Positions 30,099 through 45,013 of a stretch of 64,000 nt of DNA are shown here, one piece after another. Every line of letters starts with the position of its first letter. Positions within the stretch are counted from its first letter, which is position 1. Position numbers and translations under genes: made by a program. Source of the DNA: Octopus vulgaris (lineage: Eukaryota); contig OX597830.1 in NCBI GenBank assembly GCA_951406725.2, positions 31,744,001 through 31,808,000 of the forward strand, read 5' to 3'. The notes under the pieces were generated by a model. It saw nothing but the letters and a program-made list of their open reading frames with translations. It did no database searches and was not told the DNA's origin.

Positions 30099-30586
30099 GT
30101 AATAATAATAATAGTAATAATAGTAATAATAGTAACGGTAGTAATAATTGCAATTATTGTTGTTGGTGTTCATGTTGTTATTGTCATTGTCCCCAATGTT
30201 ATGAAAAGTTGTCTATCTCTGTCATCAATATCGTTATCTTTGTGAACGATAATGATGAAGTTGATGACAGCAATGATGATGATGTTGTGGTGGTGGTTGT
30301 GGGGCTGTTTGAATTTGTTGGTGGTGGTAGCGGTGGCAGTGGTAGTGGTGGTCGTTGTTGTCGTGATGGTCGTGATGGTCGTGATGGTGATGGTGGTGGT
30401 GGTGGTGGTGGCGGCGGCGAAGGTTGTGGTAGTAATAACGATGATGGTTTAGATCATGATGGGTATGATAATGATGATGATGATGATGATGATGATGACG
30501 ACGATGATGATGACGGTGATGATGATGATGACGATGATGATGATGATGATGACGATGATGATGATGATGACGATGATGATGATGAC

Positions 30587-30633
<47 letters not shown>

Positions 30634-30809
30634 CAATGATGACAATGATGATGATGATGATGATGGTGGTTGTGTTATAGTCATCATAGTGATTTTGGTA
30701 TAATTGTTTGTGGTTGTATTGGTAGCAGGTAAGGGTGGTGGTGGAAGTAGTCACCGAATGTATAGGTGTTTAATGTATATATATGTGGTGGTGGTGATGA
30801 CAATGATGA

Positions 30810-30843
<34 letters not shown>

Positions 30844-31380
30844 GGTGGTGTTGGTGGTGATTTACAATGATGATGATGACGATGACGACTACAACAACTA
30901 TTCAACTATGCTGACAATGATGACAACGACAACGATGATGACGACGACGATGATGATGATGATGATGATGATAATGATGACAACGGCAATGCTGACGAGG
31001 ACAGCAATGACGACGATGACGACGCATTGTTGATGAAGAAGGTAAATGACAACAGTAATGATAACAATAACAACACTAATTATCATCATTAACATTATTA
31101 TCTCGATTATTAAAGCATGTTGTTATTCCTTCGCTCCTTATTTAAACTGTTTGTTTGGTGTCTTTACTTCCCTTACACAAAGTTAATTTCAATTTGCCTA
31201 ACCTACATAAATACCCCCCCACACACACACACAAACACACACACATAAACATACATGTATACTATATATTAATATGCATGTGTAGATACACGGACTAACA
31301 AACACTACGAGCATCTCTCTTCCTCCCCCACCGCCAACACTTTCACCGCCACTTATATACTCAAGGATATCTATATCGAC

Positions 31381-31413
<33 letters not shown>

Positions 31414-31617
31414 GACACACGTAAATTAATGAATGAATATATATATATATAATGAATACACATATATATGTTTGTGTGTATTTTTCACACACACACACAC
31501 ATACATATATACATGTGTGCGTGTGTATATATATATATATATATATATATTTTTCTCTAATTTATATTTTATATATATATAGAGAGAGACATATGTATAT
31601 ATATGTGAATGTGTGTT

Positions 31618-31662
<45 letters not shown>

Positions 31663-34600
31663 ATATATATCTGTATATGTATATATATGTATGTATATAT
31701 ATTTATGTATATATATATACACACACATACACACACATACACACACACACACACACATATGTATATACATTAAACACTTATACATTCGGTGACTCCTTCC
31801 ACCACCCTTCTTACCTGCTACCAATACAACCACAAACAAATTATACCAATATCACTATGATGACTATAACACAACCACCACCACCACCACCACCACCACC
31901 TAATGACATTTGAGGCAGTGATGGCAGTGGTAGTTTTCCCAGGCTGGTGGTAGATGATGGTGATGGTGGTGATGATGATGATGATGATGATGATGACGAT
32001 GATGATGATGATGGTGGCGGTGGTGGTGGTGGTGGTGGTGTTAGTGGTGGTGATAATTATGATACTGATGATGATGCTGATAACGATGACGATAATGATG
32101 ATGAAGATGACAGAGGCGACAATGATGATGAAAATGATGATAATGTTGATAACGATGACGGCAATGACAATGATGATAATGATAGTGATGGTGGCTGATG
32201 ATGATGATGACGATGATGAGGAATGGTGTTTAGTGGAGTAGGTGCGTGTGATGGTTGTTGGGGGAGGGGAGTATGGGGGAGGCAGTGGTGATGGTGGTGG
32301 TAATTGCTCGCATAATTTCTTGTTGATAAACAAGAACTTTATCAATATGATAAGTAATTAACAAAGATGTTTGCTGACAACAGCAGCACTTAACGAGTGT
32401 GATGCAGTTTATTAACGACTGATTGCAGCTTTATCAGTCATCAATTAAGGCAAATTAATGATGATGATGATGATGATGACGATGCTAATATTGATGGCGA
32501 TGATGACGATGGTGATTGTGATTATGATGATAACGAAGATGATGATGGCAATAATGGTGGTGATGATGATGATGATGATGATGGTGATAAGAATCATCAT
32601 CATTAGCATCATCATTGTCGTTGTCATCCCCCTCCTCCTCCTGCTCATCATCATCATCACCATCATCATCACTATCATAGGACGTGTGGGAATGGTAGCT
32701 GCTGATCTGTTTAAAAGGGTGAGTTGATGAGTTTGTGAATGGTACCCAGTGATTAGTAGTTAAGCTGTAGCTGCTGTTGTTGTTGTTGTTGTTGATGTCT
32801 TATAGGTCCTTACGGTCCTTACGATGGTGCTGATGGTGGGGGAAGTGAAATTAACAAAGATGATCATGAGGACATGGGTTATATTGATGACGATGATGAT
32901 GTTGATGATGATGATGAGGAGGAGGAGGAGGAGGAAGAGGAGGAGGAAGAAGAAGAAGAAGAAGAGGAGGGAGAGGAGGTCGGTGGTGATGATGATAATG
33001 ATGATGATGATGTTGATGATGAGGAAGAGGAGGAAGAGGAAGAGGAGGGGAGGAGGTCGTTGGTGTTGGTGGTGATGATGATGATGATCATTATGGTTAC
33101 CATAGTTAGTTATTGTTGTTGTTATTGTTGTCAATGACGACAACGACGATGACGATGATGATGTCGTTAGTATAGTATATTTTGTTAAATAAACATTAAT
33201 TTGAGGAGTTCATGGAGGACAATTAGAAGAGGATATGAGTCAGTTCATTAGAATCTCTTCTATTTTTTTTACATTTTTGTCAAGAGGTTCTATGAATACC
33301 CCTCACTCATTGGACAATAGACCTTGCCTGTGAAGACCTATTGAGGCAAGTGAAATCAAAATCAAAATTGCTGATGTGGCTGATGATAGTACCACCTGAT
33401 TGGCACTTGCGCCAGTGGAATTTTAAAAGCACATCGAAATGTAGGGTGCAACTGATCCACTTATGAGTACCCCTCATTCATTGGTCAATGTACTTTGCTT
33501 GCTTGCTAAGACCTATTGAGGCAAGTGTAAACAAATCAAAATCGCTGGTGTTAAAAAAAGAAAAAGGAGAACAGGGGTTGATTTGTTTGACTAAAATTCC
33601 CCAAGGTGGTGCTCTAGCATGGTCACAGACTAATGACTGAAACAAATTAAAGATTAAAAGATAAAAGATTAGAAGATTAGATATTGTAGTCCTGATTATA
33701 TCATGCTTAAAACAAAACTCATTGCTGGTGACCTGGGGTTAAACAACAATGGCAAATTTATGATCACTCCTACTACTACCTTAACTACTGCCTTTAGTGA
33801 TGTCAAAAAATACCATCTCTGTCAACGACTTCACCACCACTACTACCATTACCAACACAGCAACTACACGTGTTGCTGTCTGTGAGTGCCATGGACACCG
33901 TCACTGTTGTTACTTAGCAGTGCCTCCATCACTACGACCAATATCACCACCACCACTACCACCAATGCCACCGCTACCACTAACACAGCCATCCCCATTT
34001 AACACTGTCATCACCACCACCATCACCATCACCACTACCACCACTAAGTCTGCCACTACCACCTCAACTGCCACCATCACCACCATCATCACCACCACAA
34101 CCGCCACCATCACCACTGCCATAGCCACCACCTCTCTCACAATCATCATCACCACCACCACTATGATAACTGTTACCACCACCACCACAACCACCACAAC
34201 CACCACTACCACCACCACCACCAACACCATCACCACCACAATCTCTGCTAACACCATTACTGCCTCTGTTGCCATCGTATTATTCATTATCATTATCGTC
34301 ATCATCACTGTCATTGTTTTCTAACAAGGGCAGAAGACCAAAGTTGGAAAAGAGGATTCTAACTGATGAAAACCAACCTCAATATATGACTGGTATATTA
34401 TTTCAATTGATAATGGTTAAAATAATGAAAAAGAGAAATGAAATAGACCTTGGTTATATTTGAACTCAGAACACAGAGGTGTGGCAAAATACCTCATTGC
34501 TCTTTCGTTTGAGCTCTAACGATCCCAGCTAATTAGCCACCTTCGTCATTCACCAGTATGTGGTCATCATCATCATCATTGTCATGGTTACCATCATCAC

Positions 34601-35300
34601 TACCACCACCACCACCACTACCATCACCACCATCATCGGTCATCATTATATAGTCATCAGCATCACTGTTATCACTATCATCATCAGCATCATCACCATC
34701 ATCATCATAATCATCACAACTATCATCCTAGCTGTATCATCATGATTATTATTGTCATCACCAGCATCGTCATTATTATCAGTAACAACCCCATCCCAAA
34801 CCACCTTCCTCCCTGACACCCATGTTACTCTATACCTCCCCCCACCGATCTCATAAGTGAAGATGCATATATTGAAACACATCACCACCACTACTACCAC
34901 TATCACCACCAACATCATCATCATCATCATCATCATCACTATCACTAATTAGGAATTTCACACCGCAATCACAAGCACACACACACACACATACACACAC
35001 ACACACACATAACTATGCATGCACACACCTTCACATACCATCTTAATCACCACCCTCACCATGTTACATCACCACCACTATGAAAATGCTACATATGACC
35101 AAGCACACACATACACACACGTACCACCCACCACCATCACCACCACGACTATCATCATCATCATCATTGTCGTCATCGTCATCGTCGTCGTCATCGTCAT
35201 CATCATCAACATCATCATAACTGTTATCACCTGGTGACCACCAACCCAAATATATTCATCATCATCATCATCATTATCATCATTGTCATCACAATGAATA
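27225..35300. repeat. About 8-kb low-complexity mosaic of (ATC)n/(ACC)n/(TCC)n/(GTC)n/(AAC)n blocks in alternating orientation, interleaved with (AT)n/(AC)n
   Basis: Direct reading; source of the poly-H/I/S/D/M ORFs. Confidence 0.95.
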
Positions 35301-35528
35301 ATTAGAAGCGTAAGACACTGCGCTAATCGCTACCTTTAACTTCCACCTGTATCGTCGACACCCCTACCTATACCACCACCACTACAACCACCGACGTCCC
35401 CATCATCAAAAGTGTTCATCAGTGTTCACATACATACCGTCATCCTAACAATCACACCCATATAGAGACGTATATGTATACATGCATACATACATACATA
35501 CATACATATATACATACATATATATATA

Positions 35529-35745
<217 letters not shown>

Positions 35746-35847
35746 TGTATATATAAATATATATCAGTATGTATATATATATAATTAAATATATGCATGC
35801 ACACATATAATATACAAATACATTTATATATATACATATTTATTGTA

Positions 35848-35921
<74 letters not shown>

Positions 35922-36403
35922 CATGCACATATATACGCATATACTTATATGTATACATATTTATTATAAGCATATATATATATACAAATATATTTATACA
36001 TAATATATATTTATATAATTTATATATACATATATGTATATGTATGTATATATATGCATTTACATTTATATATTTATATATATATGTAGATATATATGTA
36101 TATATATATATATATGTATATATATATGCACATATGTATTTATTCACACATGAACACACGCACACACGCAGACACACACACATATGTACATATGTATGTA
36201 TTAACATTACAATTACGCATGTAACTCACCCCAAGTCCAAAGGCATGTCAAAAGTTGAAGCCGGAAGGTCAACTGTGTTAAGACCAACACATAATCATCA
36301 AAACGTCCAAGTATACGCAAACACACACAATCACACAATCACACACACACATCAATACATATATATAAATATAATACATATGTAAATATATATTTATATT
36401 TTA

Positions 36404-36441
<38 letters not shown>

Positions 36442-36727
36442 TACATGTATGTATATATATGTATATGTAACTATATGTATACCTTATCCAATGATTATGC
36501 TGTAAGGGAATGGTAAAGATGCATGGTGGTAGCAAAGTACTGTCCTGGCATCTCCTCTTAGAGCTGCTGCTGCTGCTGCTACTACTGCTGCATCTGTTGC
36601 TGCTACTTTTTATACACTAGCCTGCAGATATGCTAAACATACACATGCATATGCATATGCATATGCATATATATATATAAGCGCTACAGTACCCTTGCAG
36701 CTACTGTTGCCATCGCTGTTGTTTCTG

Positions 36728-36940
36728 ATGGCAAGCTGGCAGAACTGTTAGAAAGCCATACAGTATTTCATTTTGTCGTTATTTATATTATGAGTTCAAA
36801 TCCTGCCATGGTCAACTTTGTCTTTCGTTTTTTTGGGAATCAATAAAAAAAAAGTACCCTTTTTGTCCTGTAGTTGGGTCGATGTAAATTACTCACCCTG
36901 AATAATTCCAAGCCTAGTTGTCTATAATAGAAAAGATTAT
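36728..36940 (+). mobile_element. SINE family B, diverged
   Basis: GGCAAGCTGGCAGAA...TGAGTTCAAATCC...AGAAAAGATTATT. Confidence 0.75.
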
Positions 36941-36944
36941 TAAA

Positions 36945-37235
36945 AAAGATCTGGACTAAGCACTTTCCCCTTGGTGCTTAGGGCGATCTTGGACAGTGGG
37001 TTTCCTCGAGTATCCCCAAAGGGTCTCCTGTATCATTATCATCCTATTACCCCTACTTTTCTTTCCTTTTACTTTTGTGTACCATGTATGCTTCTTTTCT
37101 TTGTTTTATGATATACTGTCTGTCCTTAATATTTAAAAAAGTGTTTTCTATATAAGTAAACCCCCACACTTTATGCCTTTGTTTTGTTCCCCACCTCATA
37201 CATTGCCCTAGTGGCAAATAAAAGAAATGAAATTA
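36945..37235 (+). mobile_element. Probable LINE 3'UTR remnant ending GTGGCAAATAAAAGAAATG before (ATT)n
   Basis: Pyrimidine-rich tail with AATAAA; its end resembles the tail of the SINE B variant at 37880-37947. Confidence 0.4.
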
Positions 37236-37256
37236 CCATTATTATTATTATTATTA

Positions 37257-37291
<35 letters not shown>

Positions 37292-37544
37292 ATTATTATT
37301 ATCATCATTGATATTATTATTAAGGCAGCGAGCTGGCAGAATCGTTTGCACACTGGGTGAAATTCTTAGCAGTATTTCATCTGTAGCTACATTCTGAGTT
37401 CAAAGTCCGGGAAACCATTTTTCTTTCCCCACCACCACCACCACCACCACCACCACCACCTGTTATAAAGGTCATGGGTGTTATCTTCCCTTCTCTAGAT
37501 AAAAAAATAAGAACTGCCTCGAGACTTAGGACTCATAAGGCTAG

Positions 37545-38123
37545 TTTGGACTCACAAGGCTAGTTACCCAGTTTCCATGATGTATGGCTGGAGTACTAAG
37601 TCAACAAGGGTTCCAGTTGATCCAATCAACGGAACAGCCTGCTCATGAATTTAACATGCAAGTGGTTGATCACTCCAGAGACATGCTTGCCCTTAACGTA
37701 GTTCTCAGGGAGAATCAGCAAGCTGGCAGAAATGTTAGCACACCGGGCGAAATGCTTAGCGGTATTTTGCCTGCCGTTACATTCTGAGTTCAAATTCCAC
37801 CGAGGTTGACTTTGCCTTTCATCCTTTCAGGGTCATTAAATTAAATACCAGTTATGTACTGGGGTCGATGTAATCAACTCAATACCTGTGTCTGTCCTTG
37901 ATTGTCCCTTCTGTGTTTATGCCTTTGTGGGCAATAAAGAAATAAGAATGTGTCAAAGCAGGGTCTTTGAGTTACAGGTAGAGCTCATTTTTGCCAGCTG
38001 AGTGGACTGGAGAAAAGTGGAATAAAGTGTCTTGCTGAAGGACATAATGCATCACCAGGAATCGAACTTATGGCCTTACAATTGTGAGCTGTATTACACT
38101 AACCACTGAGCTATGTGCCTTCA
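37545..38123 (-). mobile_element. SINE family D2 (tRNA head) with a nested SINE B (37720-37947, +)
   Basis: Minus head GAAGGCACATAGCTCAGTGGTTAG..AGTTCGATTCCC. The nested copy carries GACTTTGCCTTTCATCCTTTCAGGGTC. Confidence 0.75.
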
Positions 38124-38354
38124 CTCAATGGTATATGAATGACAAGGATCACAACATTTTCTCTAAACAGAACATCGGTCTTTTGCAGGAGTTACATATT
38201 TAGGGCTGAGTGAACTGGAGCAACATGGAATAAAGTGTTATGCTCAAGAACATGATACACATCCCAGTCCAGGAATCGAAACCACGATGCAGTGATCATG
38301 AAGCAGCACTCTAACCATTATGCACCTTCTCCTTGAAATAAACTGTGAAAAATT

Positions 38355-38530
38355 AGTGGTTGTGTGGTATATAGCTTGCTTACCAACCACATGGTTCTGG
38401 GTTCAGTCCCACTGTGTGGCACCTTGGGCAAGTGTCTTCTACTATAGCCTCAGGCCAACCAAAGTTTGTGAGTGGATTTCATAAATGGAAACTGAAAGAA
38501 GCCTGTCATATATATATATATATAAATGTA

Positions 38531-38604
<74 letters not shown>

Positions 38605-38815
38605 TGTATGTTTGCGTGTCTGTGTTTGTCCTGCCAACCTCGCTTGACAACCGATGCTGGTGTATTTGCATTGCTGTAACTTAGCGGTTCAGCAAAAGAG
38701 ACCAATAGAATAAGTACAAGGCTTCCAAACAATAAGTCCTGGGGTCGATTTGCTCGACTAAAGGTGGTGCTCCAGCATGGCCGCAGTCAAATGACTGAAA
38801 CAAATAAAAGAATAA
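38355..38815 (+). mobile_element. SINE family A
   Basis: Family motifs. Confidence 0.88.
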
Positions 38816-39395
38816 AGCAAAATAAAAAGAAAGTTTCAGCATGCACTGCACCTAAAAATATAAACAGGATGGTCACATTCTGGAACGACTTTTGATTAAA
38901 CAAGACTTCTTGATGGAAACTGACTTGTAGTCTACAACAACAACAACAACAACAAGAATAACAACAACAACAACAATAACAATAACAAACAGACTCTGAG
39001 TTCCCATTTCTCATGCGAGGGTTCACATTTTACTTGCCATGTTTCACTGCACATCATCATAGGAACAGGCAACGTTTCGTTGAGATGATTGCATCCATAG
39101 CAAATTAATGCCGCCTTTGACTTAAGGCAGCTTATGCCATCTTGATACCTTGACTTCTTTTATTTAGTTCCTCTACATAATTAAATCAGAAACGAGATGA
39201 ACATTCATCTAACGTATTAAGGTAATTCAATGCAGAGGTTCTTAAAACATATCAAACCAAGTGATTTGTTAATTAAATATGATTTCATCAAGAAGCCAAT
39301 ATACATATGCAGATTAATTATGTTTGATTTGTAAATAAAGAGGAATAGAATAGGATTTATTTAGTAATAAGTAATTTTGAAAGAAATCTACATAA

Positions 39396-39426
<31 letters not shown>

Positions 39427-39534
39427 TAAGTAAATAAATGATAAATTTCATAAATAAAATAAATAAAAACCTGTAATGAACCCTAACCCATTAACAAATT
39501 AATATTTGTGCAAGTGATTGTATGTGTGTATATG

Positions 39535-39574
<40 letters not shown>

Positions 39575-39676
39575 TTATATGCAGATACAAATGCATATAT
39601 ATTTCAGCATATGGATTAATTTATGCATATGTGTATGTGTATACACATGCATGCATGCATGCACACACACACACAC

Positions 39677-39751
<75 letters not shown>

Positions 39752-39833
39752 TGTATAGATAAATATACATGTGTTTTTGTGTGTCTATATATATATATAC
39801 ATGCATATGAATATGTATATATTTATATATGCA

Positions 39834-39885
<52 letters not shown>

Positions 39886-40477
39886 GAGATATATATATAC
39901 ATATATATAAAATGAGTGTACGTTTATACAAGCACTTTCACATACACTCGTACAGAACCCACTAGAATCTGCTCTGTTGTTGTTAAATTGAGAAATGACA
40001 AAACAGGGTCAAAAGGACCTTTCAATGTTTTCTTGATGAGGTCATGGCAACCTCTATTGTGGTGATACCCTTATAAAACATGCACCTGTAGATTCCATAA
40101 AGTGGTTGAAGAGAGAAAAGACAATAAGTCAATAAAAAAAAGAAACCATGTCAAAAATAAAATGTAATGAATCAGGGAATGTGGTGTGGTGCCTCGACAC
40201 ACCCACAAGGACAAACATTCTGAATTAGAACTGACTCAGAGACGGTAATGAAGTGCCAAGCTCTTGCCAGCTGTTATATCATATTTTCCAGCATATGCGT
40301 CAAATTTTCAGACCAAAATTCCAGGTGAAATGCAGGCAGGATTTTGAAAGGTAGTGACTGTGTATGAACGTTAACACTACATGTTTGCACTATATACTAC
40401 GTTGAGGTGCATGCCAGAAAATATGGTAAAATAATAATGATATTCATGAGTATGTGTAATGTTATTCCAACTTTATA

Positions 40478-40890
40478 GGCGCAGGAGTGGCTGTGTGATA
40501 AGTAGCTTGCTTACCAGCCACATGGTTCCGGGTTCAGTCCCACTGTGTGGCACTTTGGGAAAGTGTCTTCTACTATAGCATCGGGCCGAATAAAGCCTTG
40601 TGAGCAGATTTGGTAAATGGAAACTGAAAGAAACCCGTCGTATATATATGTGTGTGTGTGTATGTGTGTGTGCGTGTATTTGTGTGTTGGTGTTTGTTCC
40701 CGTAACATCACTTGACAACTGATGCAGGTGTGTTTACGTCCCCATAACCTAGCAGTTTGGCAAAAGAGACCGATAGAATAAGCACTAGGCTTACAAAGAA
40801 TAAGTCCTGGGGGCGATTTGCTTGACTAAAAGGCTGTGCTCCAGCATGGCCGCAGTCAAATGACCGAAACAAGTAAAAGAGTAAAAGAGT
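40478..40890 (+). mobile_element. SINE family A, full length
   Basis: GGCGCAGGAGTGGCTG head through GTAAAAGAGTAAAAGAGT tail. Confidence 0.92.
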
Positions 40891-41126
40891 ATATATTGAC
40901 ACACACATGCATTATGATCTAAATGGGAGAACACAGGAAAACTTTAACACTTCTTTCCTGATCCGTTACAACAGTTTCTGTAAATAGTCTAAAGCTCAGG
41001 TTGTGTGCTACATTTGAAAAACCCTGGCTTTCTACACTCCAAAGACCTTGCGTGTGTGTGTGTGTATGAGTGTTACTCAAAGGAATTCTGATTTTCACAT
41101 TTTATTTACAATCTTATAATAACATA

Positions 41127-41289
41127 GGTGCAGTAGTGGCTGTGTGGTAAGTAGCTTGCTAACCAACCACATGGTTCCGGGTTTAGTCCCACTGCGTGGC
41201 ATCTTGGGCAAGTGTTTTCTGCTATAGTCCCGGGACGACCAATGCCTTGTGAGTGGATTTGGTAGACGGAAACTGAAAGAAGCCCATCA

Positions 41290-41342
<53 letters not shown>

Positions 41343-41560
41343 TTGTGTGTCTGTGTTTGTCCCCCTAGCATTGCTTTACAACCAATGGTGGTGTGTTTAT
41401 GTCCCCGTCACTTAGTGGTTCGGCAAAAGAGACCGATAGAATAAGTACTGGGCTTACAAAGAATAAGTCCCGGGATCGATTTGCTCGACTAAAAGCGGTG
41501 CTCCAGCATGGCCGCAGTCAAATGACTGAAACAAGTAAAAGAGTAAAAAGAGTAAAGAGT
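41127..41560 (+). mobile_element. SINE family A, full length, probable TSD TAACATA
   Basis: TAACATA at 41120-41126 and 41560-41566 flanks the element. Confidence 0.92.
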
Positions 41561-41599
41561 AACATAATATAATGAAATAATAGTATATTAAAATTAGAT

Positions 41600-41644
41600 T
41601 GAACTAGTACTTTCATGCATTAAACTATGCAATCTTCAGGTTCA
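41600..41644 (-). ncRNA. Minimal type I hammerhead ribozyme
   Basis: Minus strand: TGAAC-CTGAAGA-T-TGCAT-AGTTTA-ATGCA-T-GAAA-GTAC-TA-GTTCA. Stem I TGAAC/GTTCA, stem II TGCAT/ATGCA, palindromic stem III AGTACT. Confidence 0.8.
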
Positions 41645-41702
41645 TGTAGTGGTGCTGACGGTTATGTTTTACAATTTACAACTTTATATATATATGTGTA
41701 TG

Positions 41703-41761
<59 letters not shown>

Positions 41762-42434
41762 ATACACATATAAATATATACATATATATATATACATATC
41801 TGGTATTTACAGAATGTTAAACGTTTTCAGTATGCAAATTAGAAACTCCTTCATAGAATAACTGCTGCATTTGTTGAGTATATAATCAGTTTGGCTGCGT
41901 GTTTCTCTGGAGACTGTCAGAATGATATGGATGCCTCTGATGAAACTGTAATAAGGTCTAAAATTTGATTAATGCTGTTCATTGTTTTTTTCTCAGTCTG
42001 CAGAGAAATGGCTAAAATTTGCCCTGTTTATAATTGTACCATATGTTATATATATATGTATATATGTATATATATATATATGGGTATGTATACCAGTCTC
42101 ATCATCCTAATAATTTTTCTTAGTGTCCATTTTCCTGTACTCAAATAGGCCAAATGGAATACCTAGTGACAAATTTTCTATGGCCTGATGACGTGGAAGA
42201 AATTCCTGTCTTTAAGCTCTACCTGTTTCCAAATAATGTAATATTATTTCGTGGCAGGAAACGGTTGCATGGAAGATTAGAAGCGAAGGACACTTATTTA
42301 CAACTACCACGCAATGTCCAGAGATTGCACAATATTCACACGTAAGCAAAATTCTATAACCATGCACACACACATATGCACACACACTCACATATACATA
42401 CATTTCCAATGATTATTTTGGAGTACCTATTTCT

Positions 42435-42637
42435 CAGTGTTATCCAAGGGAAAGGCAAAGGGGATGATACAGCTTGGCACTAGGGATGTCGCAACACATT
42501 ACTACAGCTTAGTGAACTGGAGCAACGTGGAATAAAGTGTCTTGCTCAAGAACACAACACGCAGCCTGGTCCGAGAATCAAATTCACAACCTCACGATCG
42601 TAAGCTCAATGCTCTAACCACTGAGCCATGTGCCTTC
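42435..42637 (-). mobile_element. SINE family D1
   Basis: Minus head GAAGGCACATGGCTCAGTGGTTAGAGC; body shared with 9792-10005. Confidence 0.85.
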
Positions 42638-42645
42638 ATATATTC

Positions 42646-42713
<68 letters not shown>

Positions 42714-42866
42714 GAATATATGTGTGTGTGTGAGTGTCTATATATATTTTATATGCATATGCATCTGTATAGGCCATCAGCATCATTATTATCATCATCA
42801 CCTTCATCATCATTATTGTTATTTAATGGCTATTTTCTATGCAGACATATATTGGGCTATATACAT

Positions 42867-42899
<33 letters not shown>

Positions 42900-42966
42900 T
42901 ACACACACACATATATATACACATATATATATATACATATATATATGTATATATATACATATATGC

Positions 42967-43006
<40 letters not shown>

Positions 43007-43277
43007 ATGTTTTTATATATCTATCTGTCTTGCTAACTATCTATCAAGCAATCTGCATATCTATTTACCTATCTCTTTCATTCCTCTCTTTCTTCCTCTC
43101 TCATGCTTTCTCTGCCTGTATTATCTATATTAATATTTATGAATGTATGTAAGTATCTATACATACATAATATATATATATGTGTGTGTGTGTATATATA
43201 TATGTGTATGTATATATATATATATAGAGTGAGAGGGAAAGTGAATGAGAGATTGTGGTAGAAAGAGAGAGAGAGTG

Positions 43278-43322
<45 letters not shown>

Positions 43323-43421
43323 TCCATGCATATATAAAAAAAAGAAAGCAAGATAGACATCTAGCTAAATATATTATTACCCATCCATTCTTCAATCCCG
43401 CTATCCATGTATCATTATAAT

Positions 43422-43479
<58 letters not shown>

Positions 43480-43849
43480 ATATATCCCACCTCACAACAC
43501 AGTACACCACCACAACCACCACGACGACCAGCCCCAACTCCCTGCCACCATCACTTCCTCTGCCACCACCATTACAGTCCATAAATTACTCTCAACCTCT
43601 CAAAAGTGTTTCTATACACATACTTACCTTACATGGCTGCCATCATCATCACCATTGTCATTGTCACAGCTCATTCCCATTAAACCGCCCGTCCCCTCCC
43701 TGGATGATGTGCGTATAAGTATATATATATATATATATATGTACGTATGTATATGTGTGTGTATATATATATATGTGTGTATATATATGTATGTGCATAT
43801 ATATACAAATATATATAAATATACATATATATGTACATATATATATATA

Positions 43850-43885
<36 letters not shown>

Positions 43886-43959
43886 CAAAATTGTAATTGT
43901 GCATGCATGTATGCGTGTCTCCAGCATATGGGTGCATGTGCGCGCATGTGTGCGTCTGT

Positions 43960-44305
43960 ACAGCCCTCTTCTCTCCTCTCCTCTCCATCCAGTTCTCCCC
44001 CGCCGTCGCAGCCGCCGCTGCCGCACCCTCCCCCGCCCTCCCCCGCACCGGTCCCACTGCTAAGCTTTCAATGAAACGAACAAAAATGTACATTTTCAAG
44101 GAATTCAGTAGGCAGCTACGGGTTTTTGTTTATCATTAGATAGCTAACTCTTTGGGTGAACCTCTCCAGACAAAAATGCAGGCTACTGCAACTCTGTTGT
44201 TGTAATAGCAGGGTGGAGAGTGGTTGGCGGGGTGGGGTGGGGCTCGAGGTTTTCGGTGGAGGATACGGTGAGCGGAGAGGGAGGCTGCGGGATGGGTGGG
44301 TAGGT
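43960..44305. promoter_or_regulatory. GC/CpG-rich island with GC boxes and opposite-strand G4 motifs (candidate regulatory element)
   Basis: CCCTCCCCCGCCCTCCCCC (44026-44044) and GGGAGGCTGCGGGATGGGTGGG (44279-44300) flank a unique core of about 150 bp. Confidence 0.35.
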
Positions 44306-44439
44306 TGATGCTGGAAAAGGAATGTTGCAGTTGACAGATGACAGTATATATAGAATATACGGTGTATACAGTACGTGTGTAGGTGTGTGTGTGTGTGTAT
44401 AAATATATATATACATCCACCCTTCACACACATGTATGC

Positions 44440-44519
<80 letters not shown>

Positions 44520-44565
44520 TATATATATTTATATTTATATATATATATATATGTATCTATCTATC

Positions 44566-44610
<45 letters not shown>

Positions 44611-44753
44611 TGGAAAATGTCTGAGATCCTTGGTACACTTAGGTATATTTGAAAAAAGAAAAAGAATGGCTTTACTGGTAGTTCTAATCAGTTTAATTTA
44701 TTATTCTTTAAATTTTTTAATAATATAAATTTTAGTTCAGAGATCTATATATA

Positions 44754-44853
<100 letters not shown>

Positions 44854-44975
44854 TAGATATATATGTACACACACACACAAACACACACATACAATATATA
44901 TATATATATACATACATATATATATGTATATGCATGTATATCATCATGCATATATGTATATGTGTTATAGATGTG

Positions 44976-45013
<38 letters not shown>

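Noticed and set aside
28806-30245. 479-aa ORF and other long poly-I/H/D/M/S ORFs (27116, 52075, 53207 etc.)
   Set aside because: They are trinucleotide repeats that lack stops in several frames on both strands, with no domain content.
41936-42025. CTGATGA...GAAA on the plus strand (also at 42185)
   Set aside because: No convincing stem I/II/III arrangement.
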